DNA of 64,000 nt from an uncultured Christensenellaceae bacterium (GTDB taxonomy: Bacteria; Bacillota; Clostridia; Christensenellales; UBA3700). The translations under genes and the position numbers were made by a program. The DNA is taken from assembly GCA_944383905.1 (NCBI GenBank), contig CALWRI010000006.1, positions 3,883-67,882 on the forward strand. The letters are read 5' to 3'. Positions 1 to 7,389 of the stretch are shown here, in pieces. Every line of letters starts with the position of its first letter. Within the stretch, counting starts at the first letter, position 1. The notes beneath the pieces are model-generated. The model was not told where the DNA came from. It saw only the letters and a program-made list of their open reading frames with translations, and made no database searches.

Positions 1-204
1 AAATTTGCGGTTCGTCACGACGTTGTCGAGAAAAGTCCTGACGTCGCACGCGTTTGTCAGATTGCATCTGCCTTTGCCTGTAATGAACAGCTTTTTGCCG
101 GGTCTGTCGTTTTTTTCGATAACAACTACTTCGTGCCCCGCTTCTGCGAGACCTCCCGCGCACATGAGACCCGACGCACCCGCGCCGATGACCACCGCCT
201 TCAC
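1..204 (-). CDS. NAD(P)/FAD-dependent oxidoreductase, HI0933/BaiN-like (N-terminal part; gene continues left of window)
   Basis: Minus-strand translation from GTG at 204: VKAVVIGAGASGLMCAGGLAEAGHEVVVIEKNDRPGKKLFITGKGRCNLTN (GxGxxG Rossmann start plus GKGRCN motif). GTGA start/stop overlap with surE. Track ORF 5..247(+) is its antisense shadow. Confidence 0.7.
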   Translation of the reverse strand, partial: MKAVVIGAGASGLMCAGGLAEAGHEVVVIEKNDRPGKKLFITGKGRCNLTNACDVRTFLDNVVTNRKF

Positions 205-944
205 AGTTTCAGCTCCTTTACCGCCCGATAGAGCTCGTCGTCGTTGAAGTTGAGTCTGACCGGAGAAACGGTCGCATAACCGCGTCCGTTGAGGACAACG
301 TCGGTATTCTCTTCGTTATCGTCGTCTCCTACGGGATAACCCGTAATGAAATATCCTTTTCCTTCGACAAACTGATATTCGTCGTGATATTTTCTGTTTC
401 CCGTTGTAGAAAACCTGACTCCTTTCAGACGAGGCGGAACGCAAGGAAAATTGATATTGAAAACCGTGTTTTTGTCCGTCGGAAGAAGTCCGATAAGAAA
501 TTCGAGATTGCGCGCGACGAAGTCTGCGACATAAGTATAGTCGCTGTCGTCGCAATCGTAAGAAACGGCGATCCCGTACACGTCGTGCATACACGCTTCT
601 ATCGCGGCGTTGACGGTGCCCGAGTAAGCAATGTCAGTTCCGATATTGCAGGTGTTGTTTATGCCGCTTATCACGACGTCGGGTTTTTCTCCTTTGAGTA
701 CGGTGTCGATGCCGAACTTCGTGCAATCAGCGGGCGTGCCGTTGAGGATATAGCTTTCGTATTCTTCTGAAATTGCCATCTGAACGTAATTGAGCGCGCT
801 GTGGAACGTAAGACTTCTGCCGCTCCCGCTTCTCTCGTTGTCGGGTGCGACAATCGTCACGCTGTGATCTTTGGACAGCCTCTCCGCAAGCGTCAGCAGT
901 CCTTTCGCATAGAGTCCGTCGTCGTTTACGAGTAAAATTTTCAT
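201..944 (-). CDS. surE: 5'/3'-nucleotidase SurE
   Basis: Track ORF 201..1046. The conserved SurE N-terminus MKILLVNDDGLYAKG begins at the internal ATG at 944. Also VISGINNTCNIGTDIAYSGTV. Confidence 0.85.
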   Translation of the reverse strand: MKILLVNDDGLYAKGLLTLAERLSKDHSVTIVAPDNERSGSGRSLTFHSALNYVQMAISEEYESYILNGTPADCTKFGIDTVLKGEKPDVVISGINNTCNIGTDIAYSGTVNAAIEACMHDVYGIAVSYDCDDSDYTYVADFVARNLEFLIGLLPTDKNTVFNINFPCVPPRLKGVRFSTTGNRKYHDEYQFVEGKGYFITGYPVGDDDNEENTDVVLNGRGYATVSPVRLNFNDDELYRAVKELKL

Positions 945-1020
945 AACTATATTATTGCACGAATACGTCCGATTTGCAAACGAAACTTTTATATACGCGC
1001 ACAAACGCATCGACGCGCAT

Positions 1021-1051
1021 AAAAAGACCGCCGTACCTTGCGGCACGGCGG
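1021..1051 (-). terminator. rho-independent terminator after the decarboxylase operon
   Basis: Minus strand: CCGCCGU / ACGGCGG 7-bp stem followed by UCUUUUUAU, about 20 nt after the 1071 stop. Confidence 0.6.
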
Positions 1052-1070
1052 ATATTATATACGGGACAAA

Positions 1071-2462
1071 TCAGACGGGCTGGATACCGTTTGCGGTATC
1101 TCCTATCTCGCTGTCTACTTTGTACTTATTAGCCTGACGGTACTTGAAGAAGTTGACGGCGACCTGCGGGAAGAGCGCGTATGACAAAACGTCCTCGTCC
1201 TGCTCGATATATTCCTTGATCTCCTCGCGATAGCTTGCAAGCTCGGGCTTGATAAGATCTGCGGGACGGCAGGTGATCGGCTTTTCGTCGCCGAGGACCT
1301 TCTTTACGACGTCTGGATTTGGAGCTGCGGGCAACTTGCCGTATTTTCCTCTCAAAACGTCTTTCGTCTCCGCAGAGACCATCTTGTATCTCTCGCCGCT
1401 AATGATGTTGAACACTGCCTGTGTGCCGACGATCTGGCTGGTCGGAGTGACGAGCGGCGGATAGCCGAGGTCTGCTCTGACGTTGGGGACTTCGGCGAGC
1501 ACTTCGTCGTATCTGTCCATAGCGCCCAGCTTTTTGAGCTGTCCGACGAGGTTGGAGAGCATGCCGCCCGGAACCTGATAGATAAGTGCGCGGACGTCGG
1601 TCTTCAGAGACTTTTCGGTCAGCCAACCGTCCTTCTTGAGTCTGTCTGCGACTTTGTCGAAATAAGAAGACAGCTCGTTGAGAACCTTGAGGTCGAGACC
1701 GGTGTCGTATTCGGTGCCCTGCAAAACAGCAACCATAGGCTCGGTAGCCGGCTGCGAAGTGCCGTTGCCCATCGCGGAGAGCGCGCAGTCGATGATGTCG
1801 ACGCCCGCCTCGATAGCCTTGAGGTAGGTCAGATTGCCCGTGCCAGAAGTCTGATGCGTGTGCAGATGTATGGGAACTTTGACGACTTTCTTGATGCCTT
1901 TGACGAGCTCGTAAGCGGTATAAGGCAGCAGAATACCCGCCATATCCTTGATGCAGATCACGTCTGCGCCCATCTTCTCAAGCTCTTTTGCGAGATTGAT
2001 GAAATACTCGTTGGTATGAACGGGGCTGGTGGTGTAAGAGATCGTCGCTTCGCAGATGCCGCCGTATTTCTTGCAGCTGTCCATCGCCTGCTTCATGTTT
2101 CTCGTATCGTTGAGCGCGTCGAAGATCCTGATGATATCGATGCCGTTTTTGATGGACATCTTTACGAATTCGTCGACGACGTCATCGGCATAGTGCTTGT
2201 AACCAAGGATATTCTGACCGCGCAGAAGCATCTGCAGCTTGGTGTTGGGCATCGCCTTTTTGAGCTGACGGAGTCTCTCCCACGGATCCTCGTTGAGGAA
2301 GCGCAGGCAGGAGTCGAACGTCGCGCCGCCCCAGCACTCTATCGAATAATATCCCACTTTGTCGAGCTTGGACGCGACGGGAAGCATCTCGTCCAGACGC
2401 ATACGGGTCGCAGCCTGCGACTGGTGAGCGTCTCTCAGTATAGTTTCAGTGATTTTAACCAT
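1071..2462 (-). CDS. OadA / PycB / transcarboxylase-5S-type carboxyltransferase, no biotinyl domain
   Basis: 463 aa. MVKITETILRDAHQSQAATRMRLDEM...IECWGGATFD is the HMGL-like TIM-barrel carboxyltransferase start. The ORF ends without an AMKM biotinyl domain. AAGAGG RBS. Confidence 0.85.
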   Translation of the reverse strand: MVKITETILRDAHQSQAATRMRLDEMLPVASKLDKVGYYSIECWGGATFDSCLRFLNEDPWERLRQLKKAMPNTKLQMLLRGQNILGYKHYADDVVDEFVKMSIKNGIDIIRIFDALNDTRNMKQAMDSCKKYGGICEATISYTTSPVHTNEYFINLAKELEKMGADVICIKDMAGILLPYTAYELVKGIKKVVKVPIHLHTHQTSGTGNLTYLKAIEAGVDIIDCALSAMGNGTSQPATEPMVAVLQGTEYDTGLDLKVLNELSSYFDKVADRLKKDGWLTEKSLKTDVRALIYQVPGGMLSNLVGQLKKLGAMDRYDEVLAEVPNVRADLGYPPLVTPTSQIVGTQAVFNIISGERYKMVSAETKDVLRGKYGKLPAAPNPDVVKKVLGDEKPITCRPADLIKPELASYREEIKEYIEQDEDVLSYALFPQVAVNFFKYRQANKYKVDSEIGDTANGIQPV

Positions 2463-2486
2463 ATATTTTTACCTCTTGATTCAATC

Positions 2487-4010
2487 TTATTTGCCGAACA
2501 GAGCGAGCAATACGCCTGCCGCGACCGCACTGCCGATAACGCCTGCGACGTTGGGTCCCATAGCGTGCATGAGCAGATAGTTTCTCGGATTCTCTTCCTG
2601 ACCTACGTTGTGAGAAATTCTCGCTGCCATAGGTACGGCGGAAACGCCTGCAGAACCGATGAGCGGATTGACCTTTCCTTTGGTCGCCCAGTAAAGGACT
2701 TTGCCGAGGAGCAAGCCGCCCGCTGTACCGCCCGCGAACGCAAACACGCCGATTATGATGATCTTGAGCGTTTCGAGCGTCATAAACACTTCTGCGGTCG
2801 CCTTGGTGCCGACGAGAACGCCGAGAAGTATCGTGATGATGTTGATAAGCTCGTTCTTGGACGTGTTGGTAAGTCTCGGAACGACTTCGGATTCCTTGAA
2901 CAGGTTGCCGAGCATGAGCATACCGAGGAGCGGAACCGCGCTCGGAAGTATAACGCCGACGATGAGAGTGACTATGATCGGGAACGCGACTTTTTCCGTC
3001 TTGGAAACGGGTCGGAGCTGTTCCATGATGACCGATCTCTCTTTCTTCGTCGTCATGAGTCTCATTATCGGAGGCTGAATGACCTTTATCAGAGCCATAT
3101 ACGAGTATGCCGCGACTGCGATCGACGGGAGCAGGTGCGCCGCGAGTTTGGTCGTGACGTATATTGCGGTAGGACCGTCCGCACCGCCGATGATAGCGAT
3201 TGCGGAAGCCTCCTCACCCGTAAATCCGATGTTGATCGCGATGATGAAGGTAAGGAAGATACCGAGCTGCGCCGCCGCGCCGAGGATAAGGCTCTTGGGG
3301 TTCGCGATAAGCGGACCGAAGTCCGTCATAGCGCCGATGCCGAGGAATATGAGCGGCGGATAGATGACCCACTCTACGCCTTTGTACAGATAATAGAACA
3401 ATCCCTGATCCGCAACGACTTCGTGTGTGTACGAATAGTCGGGGACGTATTGCGCTACTTTATCGCATATAGCCTGAAGTTTGGCAGAAAGGCTCACGAC
3501 GTCGACGTCGCCAGTGGTCTGATAAACTATGCCCAGCATTCTGTTGAGCTCGTTTATCGTGCCGGAAAGCGGCGAAGCGTATGCGTACTGATAGGTCTCC
3601 GCTAACTTTGCGGTAACGGCGTCGAGCTGTTGCGTGACAGTCATGCCGTCGGCAAAAACTATTCCCAATTTTTCGGCAAGTTGAGGAAGCGTACCCACTA
3701 TCGTCTCGTTGCCGGTATTGAAGAACATATAAATCTGGTCGCCGCCCGACGTAAACGTATATCCCGCCGTGCCGTACAACACGTTGTACGTTCCCGGTAT
3801 ATTGATAATGAACATACCGAAGCCTATCGCGAGGAGCAGGTTGGGCTCGAACTCCTTGTACACCGCAAGATAAATCAGCACGCACGCAATTACGAGCATG
3901 ACGAGATTTTGCCAAAGCGGTGTGAGCGAGGTCATAAAGCCCGTGCTCATCCACAGGTTCTGGAGGGAATCTACAAGGTCAAGCGACAAAATTGTAGATG
4001 AAAAGACCAT
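2487..4010 (-). CDS. sodium ion-translocating decarboxylase beta subunit (OadB/MmdB/GcdB family)
   Basis: 507-aa polytopic protein with YPPLIFLGIGAMTDFGPLIANP, IIGGADGPTAIY, NPLIGSAGVSAVPMAAR and LLMHAMGPNVAGVIGSAV. GGAGG RBS. Confidence 0.9.
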   Translation of the reverse strand: MVFSSTILSLDLVDSLQNLWMSTGFMTSLTPLWQNLVMLVIACVLIYLAVYKEFEPNLLLAIGFGMFIINIPGTYNVLYGTAGYTFTSGGDQIYMFFNTGNETIVGTLPQLAEKLGIVFADGMTVTQQLDAVTAKLAETYQYAYASPLSGTINELNRMLGIVYQTTGDVDVVSLSAKLQAICDKVAQYVPDYSYTHEVVADQGLFYYLYKGVEWVIYPPLIFLGIGAMTDFGPLIANPKSLILGAAAQLGIFLTFIIAINIGFTGEEASAIAIIGGADGPTAIYVTTKLAAHLLPSIAVAAYSYMALIKVIQPPIMRLMTTKKERSVIMEQLRPVSKTEKVAFPIIVTLIVGVILPSAVPLLGMLMLGNLFKESEVVPRLTNTSKNELINIITILLGVLVGTKATAEVFMTLETLKIIIIGVFAFAGGTAGGLLLGKVLYWATKGKVNPLIGSAGVSAVPMAARISHNVGQEENPRNYLLMHAMGPNVAGVIGSAVAAGVLLALFGK

Positions 4011-4025
4011 TGTTTTGCCTCCGTA

Positions 4026-4409
4026 TTACGCTATCGTGCAGAGTACCGCGCCGGTATCGACGTTTGCGCCTTCGTTGACGGAATAAGTGATAACGCCGTC
4101 CTTGGTAGCGACGATGGGGGTATCCATCTTCATCGCTTCGAGGATAACGACAGTTTCGTTCATCTTGACGGTTGCGCCGTTTGCAAAGCAGAGTTTCTTG
4201 ACAAGACCCGGCATCTGCGAAGTAACGGGTTCGCCCTTTCCTGCCGCGGGAGCCGCAGCGGGTGCGGGTGCGGGAGCTGCCGCCTGAACAGCGGGAGCAG
4301 CTTTGACAACGGGAGCCGGAGCTGCGGGAACGACCGCGCCGACCTCTCCTACTTCTTCGATTTCCACGGCGTATGCCTTGCCGTTTACAGTTACGTTGAA
4401 TTTACGCAT
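4026..4409 (-). CDS. biotin carboxyl carrier subunit (biotin/lipoyl attachment domain)
   Basis: 127 aa. Ala/Pro-rich linker followed by a biotinyl domain with VILEAMKMDTPI. Confidence 0.9.
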   Translation of the reverse strand: MRKFNVTVNGKAYAVEIEEVGEVGAVVPAAPAPVVKAAPAVQAAAPAPAPAAAPAAGKGEPVTSQMPGLVKKLCFANGATVKMNETVVILEAMKMDTPIVATKDGVITYSVNEGANVDTGAVLCTIA

Positions 4410-4428
4410 ATATATTATCCTCTCTCGA

Positions 4429-4872
4429 TTATTTTATTTCTCTGATTGAGCGGACCCTGAACGGGAGATCGCTCGTTTCGACAGCCTGCGCGCCGTAATA
4501 AGCCGCTATCGCCGCCGTAATTGCCGCAACCACTTCGTCTTCGTCGTCGCTTGCCGCAACAACGGGCGCGGGGATTTCCTTTGCCGGTTCGGCAACGGGA
4601 GCATTTTTGGTCTTTTTAGCCGCGATCTTTGCCGGCAGACTCTGAAGCGCCGCAATGGCTTTTATAATCAGGATCAGCACATAAAGCACGACGAAGACCA
4701 TACCGAGTCCCATTACGAAGACAAGCAGACCCGTAACTATCCTCTCTCCGACGTTCATGTCCTTTATGCCGAGTGCGTCCGGATTGCCCGCAGGATCGCA
4801 CGCCGCAAGGAAGACTGACACGACTATCATCAGCACGAGTATTACGGATAACAAAGCCAATCTTTTCTTCAT
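4429..4872 (-). CDS. OadG/MmdD-like small membrane anchor subunit
   Basis: 147 aa. N-terminal signal with lipobox-like FLAAC, a second TM (GLLVFVMGLGMVFVVLYVLILIIKAI), an Ala/Pro linker and C-terminal DEDEVVAAITAAIAAYYG resembling decarboxylase gamma/delta anchors. Confidence 0.7.
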   Translation of the reverse strand: MKKRLALLSVILVLMIVVSVFLAACDPAGNPDALGIKDMNVGERIVTGLLVFVMGLGMVFVVLYVLILIIKAIAALQSLPAKIAAKKTKNAPVAEPAKEIPAPVVAASDDEDEVVAAITAAIAAYYGAQAVETSDLPFRVRSIREIK

Positions 4873-4882
4873 ACTACGCTCC

Positions 4883-6289
4883 TCAAATACCCAGCAGCAT
4901 CATAAGCGCGGACGCGATGTAAGGACGCAGATTCTTTGCTTCGACGACGTTGTCGAGCCAGCCTTCCTGTGCGCCCAGCATCGGATTTGCCTGTATTTTA
5001 GCGTATTCTTCGGCAAGTTTCGCTCTAGTCGCTTCGACGTCTTTCGCCTTGCCGAGCTGCTCGCTCATCAGAGCGTTTACAGCGGTGTCGTTGTTTATCG
5101 GAGATATCTCCGCGTTCTGCGTAGCGAGCGTATAGTCGAAACCAATGCCCTTGCTCATCAGCACGCTGTATCCGAATCCGATCGCCTTGCCGCACGCCAC
5201 GCCGATCTTGTCGACGGAGCTGTTTGCAACGGTAGCTATAAGATTTGCGGTGACTTTAGCCGCGCCTGCGATCTCTTCATCGAGAGTCGGATTTACGCCA
5301 AGGGTGTCGACGAGGGTCACGAGCGGAATGTCGAAACCGTCCAGCTTTTCGATGAAGGAGGTGAGCTTTTCAACTCCCGCAAGAGACATATATCCGTCAC
5401 CGACCTTGCTGTCGGTAGCCGTAATGCCCACGCTTATTCCGTTGATCTTTGCAAGAGCGCATACGACTTCGGGCGCGTATTCGCCGCAATATTCGACATA
5501 ATCGCCGTTGTCGACGACAGCCTTTACTTTCGCGACTGCGGAGCACTCCTTGTTGAGCGCGGTGCTTACGCGGTTGGGGTCGTCGGAGGACTCTTCTTCT
5601 TCAGCCGCGAGAAGTATGCCGGTCAATTTTACAAGCTGCTTTTTGAGATCCGCTTCGTTCTTGTAGACGAACTGCGCGAGATCGCTGCCCTTCTTGCGTG
5701 CCTTGTAGCCTACCATATCGACGAATTTGGGATAATCCTTTTCCTTGGACGCAAGATACATCGGCGAGTTGACCGACATGACCGCGCTTTCGGACATGAA
5801 TACGAAATCCGCCATAGCCGCAAACGACGCCATCATGCCGACGGCATTGCCTTTGACTATACAAAAATGAGGTACCTGTCCGCTCACGATAGCCGCTTCG
5901 GAAAGCACCTTCGCAAAGCCTTCAAGTACGCTCACGCCTTCGCCCACTCTCGCTCCCGCGCAATCAATGACGGAAATCAAAGGAGTGCCGGTCTTGACCG
6001 CTCTCTGCATACATCTGACGATCTTGTCCGCATGAGCTTTGCCGAGACTGCCTTTGAGAACTTCCGCGTTTTGCGCGAATATGTGGAACGGGCTTCCGTT
6101 TACGGTAGCATAACCGGTGACAACGCCTTCGCCGAGAGCGCTCGCCGCGTCGTCGAATCCCTTGCCGGTAACAAAAACGTCGGTTTCAACAAAACTGCCT
6201 TTGTCGACGATGCCGTCAAGAAAATCTTTGACTTTAGAGCAAGCCTTCTCGATCGCTTTTGCGCTGACCGTAAGATTGCTGTTCTCCAT
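4883..6289 (-). CDS. acyl-CoA carboxyltransferase (carboxyl transferase domain; MmdA/GcdA/PccB/12S family, divergent)
   Basis: 468 aa. GEGVVTGYATVNGSPFHIFAQN..KGSLGKAHADKIVRCMQRA..IDCAGARVGEGV and C-lobe DIPLVTLVDTLG..ACGKAIGFGYSVLMSK are colinear with biotin-dependent carboxyltransferases. TGGAGGG RBS. Confidence 0.8.
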   Translation of the reverse strand: MENSNLTVSAKAIEKACSKVKDFLDGIVDKGSFVETDVFVTGKGFDDAASALGEGVVTGYATVNGSPFHIFAQNAEVLKGSLGKAHADKIVRCMQRAVKTGTPLISVIDCAGARVGEGVSVLEGFAKVLSEAAIVSGQVPHFCIVKGNAVGMMASFAAMADFVFMSESAVMSVNSPMYLASKEKDYPKFVDMVGYKARKKGSDLAQFVYKNEADLKKQLVKLTGILLAAEEEESSDDPNRVSTALNKECSAVAKVKAVVDNGDYVEYCGEYAPEVVCALAKINGISVGITATDSKVGDGYMSLAGVEKLTSFIEKLDGFDIPLVTLVDTLGVNPTLDEEIAGAAKVTANLIATVANSSVDKIGVACGKAIGFGYSVLMSKGIGFDYTLATQNAEISPINNDTAVNALMSEQLGKAKDVEATRAKLAEEYAKIQANPMLGAQEGWLDNVVEAKNLRPYIASALMMLLGI

Positions 6290-6352
6290 ATTAAACCCTC
6301 CAGAATATATATAAAGTTTTAATTATCTTGAGAATAATTTACACCATTACAC

Positions 6353-6381
6353 ATTATAAATATTTATACCCCAAAAATCAA
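6353..6381 (-). promoter_or_regulatory. candidate sigma-A promoter of the decarboxylase operon
   Basis: Minus strand TTGATT-17 nt-TATAAT about 60 nt upstream of the 6289 start, inside an AT-rich spacer. Confidence 0.35.
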
Positions 6382-6624
6382 CTGATTTTCACCGAAATTA
6401 AACACCGGTATGACAAATTTTTAACATTACTGTTTTGTAATGGTTTTTATGATTTTTTTGTTTCTTTTTATTTTCTAAACATCAACAAATGAGTATTTTT
6501 TACTCAAAACCATGTTGTTCGCGCATTAAATCCGCACACTTCACGGACCCGACGGAAAATGTCTATGGTAAACGCAATTATGCAACATATAATATTGATA
6601 TATTATTTATTGCGGATCTACAGC

Positions 6625-6655
6625 AAAAAAAAAACGCCGCGGTTGTCCGCAGCGT
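6625..6655 (-). terminator. rho-independent terminator after rluB
   Basis: Minus strand ACGCUGCGG-acaa-CCGCGGCGU (9 bp, one G-U) followed by a run of 10 U, 20 nt after the rluB stop. Confidence 0.8.
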
Positions 6656-6675
6656 TGATTGGAGACGTATTGATA

Positions 6676-7389
6676 TTATAAACTTTTAAGATAAGCGATC
6701 TCCTCGTCGGTAAGATACCTGTAAGCGCCTCGACCGAGCCCTCCGAGTTTGAGCTCTCCGACAGCAATGCGCTTGAGAAACACGACTTCTCTCTCGACAG
6801 CTTCAAACATCTTTCTTATCTGACGGTTCCTTCCTTCTGTTATCGTAACGCGCAGACGAGAAATGCCGTCTTTGTATTCGATGAGTTTCACCCTGCTCCT
6901 GTTGGTCTTTTCGCCGTCGACAATAACGCCTTTGCGCAGTTGCGCGAGCTTGTGCTCGGGCATTTCTCCTTCAACCTTTACGAGATAGGTCTTTTCGACC
7001 TCGTGACTCGGATGGGTCAGACTAAAAGTCAGATCGCCGTCGTTGGTCAGGATCAGAAGTCCTTCCGTGTCGTAATCAAGCCTACCGACAGGTACGAGAT
7101 GGGGAATATTTAGGTCTGTAAGATAGTCGAATACCGTCTTTCTTCCCTTTTCGTCGCTCACGGTAGTAATGCACCCTTTCGGTTTGTACAACATTATATA
7201 GGAATATTGAGCGACGGGTCTGACTTTGATCCCGTCAACGGTAACGCTGTCGTTTGCGGGATTTACGCTCGTTCCCAGCTCCGTGACGACTTTTCCGTTG
7301 ACCTTGACGCGTCCTTCTCCGATAAGTTTATCCGCGCCGCGCCTCGAAGCCGCTCCGCACGACGCCAAATATTTGTTCAATCTCTCCAT
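6676..7389 (-). CDS. rluB: pseudouridine synthase, RsuA/RluB family
   Basis: 237 aa. S4 domain start MERLNKYLASCGAASRRGADKLI and catalytic VGRLDYDTEGLLILTNDG. Confidence 0.85.
   Translation of the reverse strand: MERLNKYLASCGAASRRGADKLIGEGRVKVNGKVVTELGTSVNPANDSVTVDGIKVRPVAQYSYIMLYKPKGCITTVSDEKGRKTVFDYLTDLNIPHLVPVGRLDYDTEGLLILTNDGDLTFSLTHPSHEVEKTYLVKVEGEMPEHKLAQLRKGVIVDGEKTNRSRVKLIEYKDGISRLRVTITEGRNRQIRKMFEAVEREVVFLKRIAVGELKLGGLGRGAYRYLTDEEIAYLKSL

Noticed and set aside
5-247. 80-aa + strand ORF at the left edge of the window.
   Set aside because: The opposite strand encodes a clean GxGxxG flavoprotein N-terminus whose GTG overlaps the surE stop. The + ORF is Pro/Ala/Arg-rich with no RBS.
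6489-6689. 66-aa + strand ORF in the AT-rich spacer upstream of the decarboxylase operon.
   Set aside because: It has no RBS, an AT-driven Lys/Asn/Ile/Tyr composition, and it crosses the rluB terminator into the rluB 3' end.
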